Shown piece by piece: positions 24,919 to 39,260 of a stretch of 64,000 nucleotides of DNA. How positions within the stretch are numbered: position 1 is the first letter of the stretch; each line of letters opens with the position of its first letter. The notes under the pieces are model-generated. The model saw nothing but the letters and a program-made list of their open reading frames with translations, was not told the DNA's origin and did not search any database. The translations under genes were made by a program, and so were the position numbers. Origin of the DNA: Octopus sinensis (Eukaryota); assembly GCF_006345805.1 (NCBI RefSeq), contig NC_043003.1:7316001-7380000 (forward strand), given 5' to 3'.

Positions 24919-27916
24919 TTTTGACTTGGTTCTCTTGAAATTTAATGCAACCAGTAACAGACTTTTGAATTTTGTTTTTGAAACTGACCGAAAAGAAAGA
25001 AGAAATAGGATCTCACAGTTAACAGTGTTAAATTGTCTGCAATGAATAAATAAGCTATCTTTAGTTCCAGGTCAGTCCTGATTGTGTAGATACTCTCTTT
25101 TACTCTTTTACTTGTTTCAGTCATTTGACTGCGGCCATGCTGGAGCACCGCCTTTAGTCGAGCAAATCGACCCTGGGACTTATTCTTTGTAAGCCCAGTA
25201 CTTATTCTATCGGTCTCTTTTTTGCCGAACCGCTAAGTGACAGGGACGTAAACACACCAGCATCGGTTGTCAAGCAATGCTAGAGGGACAAACACAGACA
25301 CACATACATATATATATATATACATATATATGACGGGCTTCTTTCAGTTTCCGTCTACCAAATCCACTCACAAGGCTTTGGTCGGCCCGACGCTATAGTA
25401 GAAGATACTTGCCCAAAGTGCCGCGCAGTGGGACTGAACCCGGAACCATGTGGTTGGTTAGCAAGCTACATACCATACAGCCACTCCTGCGCCTATTATA
25501 TAAGAAACTATTGTCGTTAGACTGTGTAAAACATAGGCATGGGTATGGCGATAGGTGTGGGTAGGGTTGTGTGGTAAAGAAGCTTGTTTCTCAACCAAGT
25601 GGTCTTGAGTTCAATATCATTATGTGACACATTTGGCAAATATCTCCTACTATATCTCTGAGCCAGGCAAAGCCTTGTGAGTGGATTTTGTTCATGGAAA
25701 CTGAAAGAAACCAGTCATAAATGTTACTTAGTGACCCTGCCTGTGCTGGTGCCATGTAAAATGCATTCAGTCCATACTGTAAAGTGGTTGGCGTTTGGAA
25801 GGGCATCCAGCTGTAAAAACCTTGCCTGTGCTTGTGCCACATGAAAAGCACTCAGTCCACTCTGTGGGGTGGGTGGTGTTAGGAAGGGCATCTAGCCATA
25901 AAATCCATGCCAAAACTGACACAGAAGTCTGGTACAGCCTTCTGCCTGGCTGGGGTCTGTCAAACCATCCAACCCATACCAGCATGGAAGGTGGATGTTA
26001 AACAATGATGATGGTGATGGTATGTTTGTGTATATTCTTGTCTTCGCATCACTTTATGATTGTAAATGTACATCATTGGTCATATGAGCAAAATTCTTTG
26101 TTGTTCAGTCTTTTGTAAGAAACGTGTCTGACCATTGGGAAATGTGACAGATGAAGGTTTCCAACAGGAATGGCAACAAGCTGTAGAAAATCTGCCTCGA
26201 CAGATTCTGTCTGACCCAAAGGCACAGGAGTGGTTATGTGGTAATGAGTTTGTTTCCCAACCACATGGTTCCGAGTTCAGTCCTACTGCATGGCACCTGG
26301 GGTGAGCACCTTTTACTATAGCCTCAAGCCGACCAATATATATGTATATATGTATGTATCTTTATGTCTGTGTTTGTTCCCCACCACTGCTTGACAACCG
26401 GTGTTGGTGTGTTTACTTAGTGTTTTAGCAAAGGAAACTGATAGAATAAGTACCAGGCTTTCAAAATAATAAAATACTGCAGTCGATTTATTTGGTTAAA
26501 ATTCCTCAGGGCATCGCCACAGTATAATGACCGATGCAAGTAAAAGACAAAAAATGCGAGCACGAAAACGTGGATGTTATATATTTCTTTACTGCCCACA
26601 AGGGGCTAAACATAGAGGGGACAAACAGGGACAGACAAAGGGATTAAGTCGATTACATCGACCCCCAGTGCGCAACTGGTACTTAATTTATCGACCCCGA
26701 AAGGATGAAAGGCAAAGTCGACCTCGGCAGAATTTGAACTCAGAACTTAACGACAGACGAAATACTGATAAGGATTTCACCCAGCACGCTAACGTTTCTG
26801 CCAGCTTGCCGCCTTTATTTGAGCTCAACGCTCAAAAAAGTGGATGTTATATGATGATGACTATTTTGCTGGGTTTCTGGTGCAGGTTAATATCCTTTAG
26901 AAGCTCTGTATGTAATCCTCAGACTGAGCCCTGTTTCTGGGCTTATATCATCTCTATAACAATTGACCTATAAAGGCATGGCTGCAGATCATCTGTGTAG
27001 ATTACTCTTTCGTTGTCAAGTCCAGATATTTAATCCTCACTAATGAAATGTGAACATCTGCTGAGCTGGCAGAATCCTTAGTGCATCTGAGAAATTGCTA
27101 AGCAGTGTTTCTTCCTGTTCTTTGCATTCTGAGTTCAAATCTCACCGAGGTCAGCTTTGTCTTCCATCCCTTCAGGGTCAGTAGAGTACCTGTTGAGTAC
27201 TGGAGTTGGCCTTGAACCCTGCAATGGACTAATGTTTTCTTCAGAGGAACATTGTGGTCTTATCACAGTATCAACTACGCCATCAGATGCTGTTTTACAC
27301 AACAGCATCTGATGAGAATATATTTCACTTTGATTTTAGTGTATGCCTTACAGCCGTGTAGTGTACTAATATTACCGTATTTAAGTTTTGAATGGCTCCT
27401 TTCTTTCTGGCTGGTATTGCATCTGAAATATTGCAGTCACAAATTTGGCTGTATGGTTAAGCAGCTTACTTCCCCACCAGTTAGTTCCTAGTTCAGTCCC
27501 ATAGTGTAGCACCTCGGGCAAGTGTCTTCTAAAGCCCTGGGTCAACCAAAGTCTTGTGAGTGGATTTCATAGACAGAAACATTTTCTATACTAACACTAT
27601 CATGACATGTCTAACTAATTACCTCCACCTTCCAAATAAAAACAGGAAATAACCTAAACAACAACAACAAGTAAATAAACTGACCGGCCAACACACACCA
27701 CATACACTTTTTAATCAACCCCTAAAAAATTCCATTACAAAAGTGTTGTCATATAGGCGCAGGAGTGGTTGTGTGGTAAGTAGCTTGCTAATCAACCACA
27801 TGGTTCCGGGTTCAGTCCCACTGCGTGGCATCTTGGGCAAGTGTCTTCTGCTATAGCCCTGGGCCCACCAATGCCTTGTGAGTGGATTTGGTAGACGGAA
27901 ACTGAAAGAAGCCTGT

Positions 27917-27989
<73 letters not shown>

Positions 27990-28189
27990 TTGTACCCCTA
28001 GCATTGCTTGACAACCAATGCTGGTGTGTTCACGTCCCCCGTCACTTAGCGGTTCGGCAAAAGAGACCGATAGAATAAGTACTGGGCTTACAAAGAATAA
28101 ATCCCGGGGTCGATTTGCTCGACTAAAGGCGGTGCTCCAGCATGGCCGCAGTCAAATGACTGAAACAAGTAAAAGAGTATACCCAATTC

Positions 28190-28730
28190 TTCTCTTAGCT
28201 TGGCTTCGCTTATGAAAATTAGGAAAGCTGCTGTCCACATCATCTCCTTGCTCATTCATGGCTGATAAGTCCAATGTGGGATCGACATATCTGGCTGCAG
28301 TGATGACAGACATATGATTGTCCAGCTGCATCATCAACAATGATGCAGATGTATTATTTTTCACCTCTGACGTTTGTCTTCAAGAGAGGCACTGCAATAG
28401 ACCTCAGAGGAGGAAACAGCATCATTGATGGTAAGGTGCCAAGCAGCATGGTCAGCTGTTGGAGTGGGCCACTCACGATAATCAATGTCACAAGTGCTAA
28501 GGGACTGCTTCAGGCTGTCCTTATAATGTTTCTTTGGTCCTCCCCAGTGGTCTTTCATCCTGTCAATGTGTCCTGCTCAGTGTAGTTATGTCTCAAGTAA
28601 GATGGCTTCCAGGCCGGTGACCTTTGCTCGCTTGAGGACCTCATTGTTAGTGGATGTAGTCACTCCAGTAGGTGTTCAGGATGGTATGAAGGCAGTGGTA
28701 GTGTAAACATTCAGGGAGCCTGAGAAGTCA
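28190..28730 (-). mobile_element. Decayed RTE/BovB-like LINE fragment
   Basis: GGPKKHYKDSLKQSLSTCDID...W...LEDKRQR remnant with stops and frameshifts. Confidence 0.75.
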
Positions 28731-29086
28731 CACCCACTTACTAAGGTTTTAAATACTGGACTTTTGTACTTTTAACCCTTACCTTATCAAACAAAGGATT
28801 GAATTCAATAAGCAAAAAATATTTAAAACTACTGACATGTCCTGTGCCTACCTAACAAGGGACACCCATAAATGCACATACTTGCTTACAAATTTCTACA
28901 CACTTGTATTAATTCTAAACAATAATATAATCCAAACTGAATCACTAAAAATTTCTCCAAAACACCTCTCCAAAACAACACACCCTAAAACCTAATTATC
29001 TTTGCACTTACAACTAAATACCCAAGGGAGATATTTTAACTCAACAGACTTTATAAAGCTAAGATTAACTTCAATGCATTGCACAC

Positions 29087-29500
29087 AGGCGCAGGAGTGG
29101 CTGTGTGGTAAGTAGTTTGTTTACCAACCACATGGTTCGGGTTCAGTCCCACTGCATGGCACCTTGGGCAAGTGTCTTCTACTATAGCCTCGGGCCGACC
29201 GAAGCCTTGTGAGTGGATTTGGTTGATGGAAACTGAAAGAAGCCTGTCGTATATATGTATATATATATATATGTATGTGTGTGTGTTTGTGTGTCTGTGT
29301 TTGTCCCCCTAGCATTGCTTGACAACCGATGCTGGTGTGTTTATGTCCCCGTCACTTAGCGGTTCGGCAAAAAGAGACCGATAGAATAAGTACTGGGCTT
29401 ACAAAGAATAAGTCCCGGGGTTGAGTTGCTCGATTAAAGGCGGTGCTCCAGCATGGCCGCAGTCAAATGACTGAAACAAGTAAGAGAGAGAAAAGAGAGT
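29087..29500 (+). mobile_element. tRNA-derived CORE-type SINE (octopus OR2-like; family A), representative full-length copy
   Basis: A box TGGCTGTGTGG, B-box-like GGTTCAGTCCC, CORE-like CCTTGGGCAAGT, internal TA/TG microsatellite. About 20 copies, e.g. 13441, 17302, 25094(-), 27754, 32204, 35517, 36535, 44996, 52862(-), 59484, 62820(-). Family name from memory. Confidence 0.85.
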
Positions 29501-29999
29501 TCAATGATGGCCCAACTGGCCAAAACTTTGAAGTCACTATCAATAATATTTTTTTTTAAGATGGTGGTAAGCTGGCAGAAAAGTTAGCATGCCGGGCGAA
29601 ATGCTTAGTGTTCAAAATCCACTGAGGTTGACTTTGCCTTTCATCCTTTCAGGGTTGATAAATTAAATACTAGTTGTGTACTGGGATCAATCTAATCAAC
29701 TATGCCCCTCCCTGCAAATATTGGGCCTTGTGCCTAGAATAGAAAAGAATATTTAAAGGCAGCAAGCTGGTAGAATTGTTAGCACACCGGGCAAAATGCT
29801 TAGCAGTATTTCATTTGTCTTTGTGTTCTGAGTTCAAATTCCACCTCTGTCGACTTTGTTTTCCATCCTTTCAGGGTTTATAAGTACCAGTTGCATGCTG
29901 GGATCGATCTAATCGACTATGTCCCTCTCCAGAAATTTTAGGCCTTGTGCCTAGAGTAGAAAAGAATATTTTGTTTAAGAATAATGTATGTGTGTGCAA

Positions 30000-30290
30000 G
30001 ACAGATGAGTGACAACCTGGCCACTGGTGGTGGTGGTGTAACACACCATACTAATCATGTCTGTCAGGCATGTGGAAGAGAGTGTAATTCGGCAGGAGGA
30101 CTTAAACGACATGCAAATGTACATGAAGCCCAGTTACAACTACAACCGGCTATTACCGGTAAAGGTTTTATTTGCCAATTTTTGTACAAGACACTGTAGA
30201 TCTTTAGCTGGGCTAAAAAGTCACATTCGATCAATAACAGTTAAGCTTCGTGCAATGGCCATACTCGATAATGAGGGGGCAGCCATAATG
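30000..30290 (+). mobile_element. RTE-like LINE 3' end with two C2H2 fingers (frameshifted)
   Basis: CQACGRECNSAGGLKRHANVH and C..CTRHCRSLAGLKSHIRS in different frames; 3' UTR similar to the 48190 copy. Confidence 0.72.
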
Positions 30291-31280
30291 TGTGTGTGTG
30301 TACCTTTGTGTAGACAAGGGTACACAGAAATGAAGGTCCTTGTGAGCTTTTCGTCTCCATTGAAGTCGGAACTCATTTATGAGACCAATCTTCTGTTGTC
30401 ACATCCTCTTCATATCTTGGACTTGTTTCAGTCATTGGACTCTGGTCATACTGGAGCACTGCCTCGAAGGGCTTAGTTGCACAAATCAACCCTAGTATTT
30501 TTTTTTAAGACTGTTACTAACTCTATTAGTCTCTTTAGTTATGGGGATGTAAATAAACCAACCCTGGTTGTCAAGTAGTGGTGGGAGGCAAACACAACAC
30601 AAGGACACACACATATGTACATGATGGGCTTCCACATAGTGTCCGCCTATCATTTTCACTCGCATGGCACTGGTCAGCTTCTAAACCACTCTGCCAGTTA
30701 TGCGGAAGAAATTAATAAGATCAGGCATAGCTGTAGGGTAAGAAGTTTTTTTCCCAACCCCATGGTTCTGGGTTCAGTCCCGCTGTGTGGCACCTTGGAA
30801 AAGTGTCGTCTACTGCAGTTTTAAGTTAACCAAAGACTTGTGAGTGGGTTTGGTGGATGGAAACTGAATGAAGCCTTCACCACCACTTGACAACTAGTGT
30901 TGGTAACTTAGTGATTTGGCCATAGAAGTGGTCAGTAGAGTAAGTACTGGGTTTGATTTAAAGTGATGCCCCAGCATGGCTGCAGTCCAATGACTGAAAC
31001 CAGTAAAAGATAACAATCTCTCTCTTGTGTTTTATTATTAATATTATTTAGGTGACAAGCTGATAGACTTGTTGGTGCATTGGACAAACAGTTTAGTGGC
31101 GATTTTTCTGGTGCTTGATGTTCTGAGTTCAAGTTCTGCTGAGGTTGTCTTTACCTTTCATCCTTCCAGAGTCAGTAAATTAAGCACAAATTAAGTACTG
31201 GGGTCAATGTAATTGACTTACACCTCCCCAAATATTGCTGGCCTTGTACTGAAATTTGAAACCAATATTTTTTTTATTCA

Positions 31281-31975
31281 CCCCTTTTGTTACCATATTT
31301 TTGTTGAGATACTCCCTGTTTCTTTCAATTAATCTTAAATATTAAATCTTAAATAACAAAGAATTTAGTAAAATAACTTAGTTATCATTAAGCTAGTGTT
31401 CGAGAGGTAAATTGTGACAAAGGTTTGGTGGAAGATTTTTATTCAGAACTTCTGAAAAAGAGACATTTGTACTACAGAGCCAGAGGCAGTTTCAGCCGGG
31501 TTGATATCAAAAGGGTTAAGAATTGTTTCTCTATTATATATTTTAACCCTTCCATTACCGTATTTCTATTGAGATGTTCTGTGTTTCTTTTAACCCTTTT
31601 GTTACCAACCCAGCTGAAACCGCCTCTGGCTCTGTAGTACAAATGTCTTGTTTTCATAAATTTTTAATTAAAATCTTCCACCAAACCTTAGTCACAATTT
31701 ATGTTCCTAACACTAGCTTAATGATAACTAAGTTGTTTTACTAAATTCTTTTTTATATTTAAAGTAATTGAGAGAAACACTGAGAATCTCAAAATAAATA
31801 CAGTAACGAAAGGGTTAATTAATTTTAGATATAACAAAGAATTAGTAAAATAACTTAGTTATCATTAAGCTAGTGTTAGGAACATAAACTGTGACAAAGG
31901 TTTGGTGAAAGATTTTAATTCAAAACTTATGAAAACGAGACATTTGTACTACAGTTGGGTTAGTATCAAAAGCAT
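31281..31975. mobile_element. Cluster of three TTAA-flanked CCC...GGG MITEs (piggyBac-like), one nested in another
   Basis: Units of about 220 bp with TIR CCCTTT(T/C)GTTAC; inner copy 31594-31814 flanked by TTAA on both sides. Confidence 0.8.
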
Positions 31976-34900
31976 AAAGGCTGCAGACTGATAGAATTGT
32001 CAGTGCATCAGACTTAGCAGCATTTTTTCCAGGTCTTTACATTCTGGGTTCAAATGCTGCCAAGGTTGACTTTTCCTGTCACCCTTTTGCATTAATAAAA
32101 TAAGTATCAGTTGATTACCGGGGTCAATGTGTAATTGATTAGATCCCCTGCCCACAAAATTTTAGCCCTTGTGTCTATAGTAGAAAAAAAATTATTACCA
32201 TTATAGGCACAGGAGTGGCTGTGTGGTAAGTAGCTTGCATACCAACCACATGGTTCTGGGTTCAGTCCCACTGCATGGCACCTTGGGCAAGTGTCTTCTA
32301 CTGTAGCCTTGGGCCGACCAAAGCCTTGTGAATAGATTTGGTAGATGGAAACTGGAAGATGCCTGGCACGTTAAAAGCACCAACCGATCATGGCCGATGC
32401 CGGACCCCCCTGGCACCTGTGCAGGTGGCACGTAAAAAGCACCCACTACACTCGCGGAGTGGTTGGCGTTAGAAAGGGCATCCAGCTGTAGAAACTCTGC
32501 CAGATCAGACTGGAGCCTGGTGCAGCCCCTGGCTTCCCAGACCCCGGTCGAACCGTCCAACCCGTACTAGTGCGGAAAACAGACGTTAAACGATGATGAT
32601 GATGTCTGTTTGTCCCTGATGCTGGTGTATTTACGTCCCTGTAACTTAGCGGTTCGGTAAAAGAGACCGATTGAATAAGTACTAGGCTTACAAAGAATAA
32701 GTCCTGGGGTCAGTTTGTTAGACTAAAGGCAGTGCTCCAGCATGGCTGCAGTCAAATGACTGAAACAAATAAAAGAATTATCGTTAAGACAGCAGGCTGA
32801 CAGGATTGTCAGCGCGTCAAACAAACTGCTCTCAGCATTTCTTGGATCTATCTACATTTTAAATTCAAATGCTGCAATGGTTGACTTTGCCTTTTGTTCA
32901 TTTGGGTTTGTGAAATAAGTACCAGTCATATACTGGGGTGGATGTAATCAACTTACTCTCCATCATCACCATCATTTCTTATCCATGCTGGCTTGGGTTG
33001 AATGGTTTGGCAGGAGCTGGAGAGCTGCACCGGGCTCCAGTTGTCTGTTTCGGCTGGATGCCCTCCTCAACACCAACCACATTACAAAGTGTCCTGGGTG
33101 CATTTTACATGGCACCCATGGGAAGATGAGAAAGTCTTTTATGTTTCGAGCCTACGCTCTCCAACAGAAAGGAACACAAGGAAATAAGCAGAGAGAGAAT
33201 TTTAAAAAAAGGCTTTAGTGGCTAGTGGTCTATACACACACACATACACACACATGGACTGACCGACCCAGTACTACTTTTGTGGACCACCAGGGGTCTG
33301 CAGACCCCAGGTTGGGAACCACTGCTAAATTAGAAAGGATTATTATTAAGTTGTAGTGTTAATGATGTATAATTGGATGAAATTCATGCACTGCTTTGTT
33401 CCTTCCCTGCTTCCTAATTTAACTTTATTTCTGTTGCATTACCCTTGATATGTCTCAACAAAGACCTTTACCTTGTTGTGTAACGGGTGCTGGACAGTTT
33501 AATAAATTCCTGTGTGTGTAGTTTTTGCTAAGTGCAGTCATTCTGTTTTACTACTTGATAGAAGCTCAGCCAAATATTTGCCAGGATGTTTTGGTCAATA
33601 ATGGATTACGTTTATCTTCCATGATAAAAATTATTAATTAAAAGAAAGAGCTTCTAATTACATAATTGGTCACAATCACAAGTAATTGACCATCCCATCT
33701 ATTGACTCTGTGAAGTGCAGCTGCAAAGCAAAATATGGGACACATGTAAATAATCTAATGACAGTCATTGAGATATATGTATTTGTATGCACAGACACCT
33801 GCATGGTTGTAAGGTAAGAAGTTAGCTTCTCTATCACTTGGTTTCAAGTTCAGTCCCACTGTATGGCAGGTATTTTAGGCCAATGCCTTCAACTGAGGGT
33901 CCAAACCAACCAAAGCATTGTGAGTGGATTTGGTGTACAGAAACTGCAAGATGCCTGCTGGGTCATGGACACACACACACACACACCTACCTCAGAAAGT
34001 AAATAGACACCCCCTCATTATACTGTTTCATCTGTGTGGACATTTCCCATTAGTATGATGTCCAAATGGGTTAATTCACAAGGCATCTCTACTAAATACA
34101 AGATCAAGTATTTAAGTGCATCAAATGACATTATTTTGTTTCTAGAAATAAAGTTTCCAAAAAATGATGATGTCATCATCTTCATCGTTTAACTTCTGCC
34201 TTCCATGCTAGCATGGGTGAGACGGTTTCACATAAGGCGGCAAGCTGGCAGAAACGTTAGCATGCCGGGCGAAATGCTTAGCGGTATTTCGTCTGCGTTA
34301 CATTGCGAGTTCGAATTCTGCCGAGGTCGACTTTGCCTTTCATCCTTTCGGGGTCGATAAATTAAGTACCAGTTACGCACTGGGGTCGATGTAATCGACT
34401 TAATACCTATGTCTGTCCTTGTTTGTCTCCTCTGTGTTTAGCCCCTTGTGGGTAATAAAGAAATAGGTTTCACAAGAGCCGGCCAGGCAGAAACTGGCAC
34501 CAAACTTCTGTGACTGTTTTGGCAGGATTTTTACTGCTGGATGCCCTTCCTAACACCAACGCCCAGCAGAATGGACTTGGGTGCTTTTTACGTGGCACAA
34601 GCCCAGGCGAGTCTGTTTACTTTTAAAGTGTGTGTGTGTATTACTCTCTCCTTTCCTTGACATCGCATGATAGTTGTAAACGAATGTCACTACCATGTAA
34701 GCGGTGTCGTTTGTTCCCAATCTTCTGTGAAAACATGTCCGGTTATGGGGACATACTACTTTGCTTGGAAACGGGCGAGGGTTGACGAAGAGAAGGACAT
34801 CATCCAGCTGTAGAAACCCTTCTTCTACAAATTCCGTCTGACCCATGTAACTGGGAAACCGTTCCTGTGCTCCTTAGAAAAGTAATGTGTGTTAACCCAG

Positions 34901-37900
34901 GTAACCATGGTAAACTGGGCATTCATCGAAGATGATAAGCAGAACGCTGAATTCTCCATGACTCAGTTTCTGAGAGTGTGTGTGTGGTTGGGAGGTGAGA
35001 TGCTACAAATTTCTGGATGAATTGATTGTAGAATAATCTTTATGAATTTATCTCTTATCTGTCTAATTATGCCACTCATTAGCCTTACACCAAGCCAACG
35101 AGAGCACTCGGTCAACTTTCTGATTCCTCTTATGCTTTTTCTTTCAGTACATCTGCACTTCTTTGTTTTTCATGCACACAGACATGGCACACCCAGTGGA
35201 GCATGCTGACTTCCTTTCTTTCCAGCCTTTTGCATGTCCTCTATATTCATGGCCCATGTTTCATTACCATGTAGCATTGTTCTTCATACACGGGCATCAT
35301 GCAATCTGAGAGACCCTTTGTTGCCAGCAGAGGTTAATAACTCTCAGAACTTTCTCTGACAGGTTCTTATTCCAGTAACTGTGCTTTCAGAATTCCTCAA
35401 CTGCTAATTGGGTCACTTTGTAAAAGAAACTAGCTACTACCTTTAGAGATCCTCTTTGCACTCTCAAATATACACACACGCGCACACGTAGCATCATCTA
35501 ATGTTTGTATTCCACATAGGTGCTGGAGTGGCTGTGTGGTAAGTAGCTTGCTTACCAACCACATGGTTCTGGGTTCAGTCCCACTGCGTAGCATCTTGAG
35601 CAAGTGTCTTCTGCTATAGCCTCAGGCCAACCAAAGCCTTGTGAGTGGATTTGGTAGACGGAAACTGAAAGAAGCCTGTCATATGTGTGTGTGTGTGTGT
35701 GTGTGTATGTTTGTGTGTCTGAGTTTGTCCCCTCCCCCCATCATCGCTTGACAACTGATGTTGGTGTGTTTACATCACCATAACTTAGCAATTCGACAAA
35801 AGAGACCAATAGAATAAGTACTAGGTTTGCATAGAATAAGTCCTGGGGTCGATTTGCTTGACTAAAGGCGGTGCTCCAGCATGGCCACAGTCAAATGACT
35901 GAAACAAATACCAGAATACTGACAGAGGTTGGACAGTTTGACGGTATTCAACTCGCCTGTGTTGGCCTCCGGTGAGGCCTACTTTGGCAGGGTTTCTATG
36001 GCTGGATGCAATCCCTAATGTCAACTACTTTACAAAAGTGGATGGAACTCGTGGAAGGGAGGAAACCCAGAAAGTCATAGGACGAAATAGTGAAGTCTGG
36101 CCTCAAGGTCTTGATCCTCTGTCATTTTGTCACAGGAGATGACAGACGACCAAAAGGAATGGTGATTCCCTGTGCTCAAGAAGTGCCTGAGTTCCTTTTG
36201 AGTGTTGGGCCTCATGAGGGCAACGATAACGACCTTTGGCATTATGTTGTACTTGAGAAGAAGATCCATCAAGCCGAGCAAGGTACCGGCGTCATGCAAA
36301 TGGCACCTGTGCCGGTGGCACGTAAAAGCACCCATTACACTCTGAGTGGTTGGCATTAGGAAGGGCATCCAGCTGTAGAAAACCATGCCAGATCAAGATT
36401 GGAGTCTGATACAGCATGCCAAAATGGACAACAGACATTGAATGATGATGTGTGATTGTGTGCATGTTTGTCTCCTTATCTTGATGTCACATGATTGTTG
36501 TAGAAGTGAGTGTCACTGTCAAATATAATGTAATGTAGCTTGCTAACCAACCACATGGTTCCAGGTTCAGTCCCACTGCGTGGCATCTTGGGCAAGTGTC
36601 TTCTGCTATAGCCCCGGGCTGACCAATGCCTTGTGAGTGGATTTGGTAGACGGAAACTGAAAGAAGCCTGTCATATATATGTATGTGTGTGTGTTTGTGT
36701 GTCTGTGTTTGTCCCCCTAGCATTGCTTGACAACCGATGCTGGTGTGTTTACGTCCCCGTTACTTAGCGGTTCGGCAAAAGAGACCGATAGAATAAGTAC
36801 TGGGCTTACAAAGAATAAGTCCCGGGGTCGATTTGCTCGACTAAAGGCGGTGCTCCAGCATGGCCACAGTCAAATGACTGAAACAAGTAAAAGAGAAAAG
36901 AGAAAGAGATAATACATTGTAAATATTTATGGAACGCTTGTACCTCTTATATCTTCTCAGGATATGTAGATCATGAAATGATGTCAAATTAAATGCTTAT
37001 AGGAGAAAAAATGAGAATGTTGAACCTATACCAGTCTCACATAACCAGCCCACTTAAAAAGTACTTTGGATTGTAGGATGACATGCCATGCTTAAGGAGA
37101 CCTATTGAGTCAAGTAGATCAAAATCAAATCAAATTACAATCAAATGGAAATTGTAGTTGTGGTCCCCATGCTGGTGGCACATAGAAAGCACCATCTGAA
37201 CGTGGCTCCCATATTGGTGGCACGTAAAAAGCACCATTTGATTGTGGTCGAAGCCAGCCTCCTCTGGCTCCTATGTTGGTGGCATGTAAAAAAGCACCCA
37301 CTACACTTTGGGAGTGGTTGGCATTAGGAAGGGCATCCAGCTGTAGAAACACTGCCAGATCTGACAGGGCCTGGTGCAGCTTCCTGGCTTCCCAGATCCC
37401 AGTCAAACCGTCCAACCCATGCCAGTTTGGAAAACGGGCGTTAAACGATGATGATGATGATGATGACCTGTATTATGGCCTTTATACTAACCTTTTTAAA
37501 ACCAATTATAGTTCAGAAAAGAAAGGGGAATATTTTGAAATCCAGTCTGTGAGGTCAAATTTTCACTTCAGTATTCATTTAGTGGTGAATTTTTAAAAGT
37601 TCTGCTCTTACAATTTTGGAATCTACAGATCATTCTGATTCCAGAGACATGATTTTATAGAGCTAAACCAAAGAAAATGTTATGGCAGTTTAAAATCTGA
37701 AACCTCAAAACAATATCACATAACATTGTAGTAGATTTGGCTGTTATTTCTAGCAGGTTAAGTGACTACCAATGGCTCATCTCATTTGATGTGCATTAAC
37801 AGGTGGATGTAGGATTAAGAGGGTGGACTGGGTTGTTAAATCTAAAGGGAGGTGCTGGAATATACGGTCATATCTTAGTGACGTAAAAATAATTCGGTGG

Positions 37901-38895
37901 TTTCCAAACAGTGTAGCAAAACCCTAGGGTACCACAAGCAGAAGTTAAAGGTGTCAAGTTGGTGGTAGTTAGGGGTTCCAGAGACTGCAGTTAGAGGTAT
38001 TAAAGGAATACTGTAAATGGGAGTTAGGGGTGTCATGGACAACAGTTAGAGGTGTCAGAGAAGGCAGTCAGGGGTATCATTGGCAGTAGATATGGGTGTC
38101 ACATATGGTAGTTAAGAGTATCAGAGGTAGTGATTAAGGGTCCTGTGAGCAGCTGTTCAGAATGTGGTGTGATTTTAGATTTAAAACAACACAATTCACA
38201 AATGACATCAACAAGGGGGTCATGTGCTCTTATTTATAGGAAAACAGGATGATGTCATGGAAACATTTGAAAACCACCAAACCAATCTGTTGTTATAATT
38301 AATCAATTATAATTAACAAATAATGAGGTTGTCTGATGTTTTTTGATGATTTTGTTCCAAACAAGGCTTGAGGCCATTGTATTGTAAAGGACCACAAAGA
38401 AGGAAAAGAAGGGGGCTGCAAATTCAAAAGATGTTGATTGTCAGAAAGCTTAAAGAATTGAATGCTATAGACCAGGGGAATAGAAAACTATGGTGAATCC
38501 TGGAGAGGAGCAGTTTGAGGAAAACAGGCAGCTCAAAAGAGAAATGTTGCAACACCAAAGAGAAGCGACATTTTTAAAGGTCTTGACAGAGGGTATTAGA
38601 CCAGAAAGTTCATCAGGGCAATCATCATCATCTTTTGACGTCTGTTGTCCATGCTGGCATGGGTTGGACAGTTTGACCAGGGCTGGTAACCTGAGGGGCT
38701 GTACCAGACTCTAGTCTGATTTGGCATGGTTTTTATGGTTGGATGCCCTTCCTAATGCCAACCATGGAAATGCAGTAGAAGCTCGCAGTACGAGTGCCCC
38801 GTTGTACGAGTAATTTGCTGTATGAGCCGAGACTCGTGCAAATTTTTGTCTTGAAGTATGAGCGGAAATCCGCAGTACAAGCGTACAAATCATCC

Positions 38896-39260
38896 CATCA
38901 TCATCATCATCGTTTAACGTCCATTTTCCATGCTGGCATGGGTTGGACGGTTCAACTGGGGTCTGGGAAGCCAGAAGGCTGCACCAGGCCCAGTCTGATC
39001 TGGCAGTGTTTCTACAGCTGGATGCCCTTCCTAACGCCAACCACTCCGTGAGTGTAGTGGGTGCTTTTTACGTGCCACCGGCACGGGGGCCAGACGAGGC
39101 TGGCAAACGGCCACGATCGGATGGTGCTTTTTACGTTCCACTGGCACGGAGGGCAGTTGGGGCCGCGCTGGCAACTGTCACGTTCGGATGGCTCTCTTAC
39201 GTGCCACCGGCACTGGTATCTCAGCTACAATTTCCATTGATGTTGAACGATTTCGATTTT
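38896..39260 (-). mobile_element. Family C retroposon 3' end, representative copy
   Basis: Similar copies near 15497, 32362, 36075, 37125, 41012, 51757, 58150, 58835, 60370 and 63245, with (GAT)n tails. Confidence 0.85.

Noticed and set aside
29079-29090. Isolated TGCACAC MRE cores elsewhere (e.g. near 14664, 17008, 35172, 62217)
   Set aside because: Single sites within or next to repeats and CA-rich DNA; expected by chance
29984-30476. Host C2H2 zinc-finger gene (also 48061-48375)
   Set aside because: No TGEKP linkers or splice context; frameshifted or followed by an RTE-type 3' UTR, so these are LINE C-termini
38490-38714. Coiled-coil-like ORF (EEQFEENRQLKREMLQHQRE)
   Set aside because: Short, runs into a family C repeat, no recognisable motif or splice support; possibly a transposon relic
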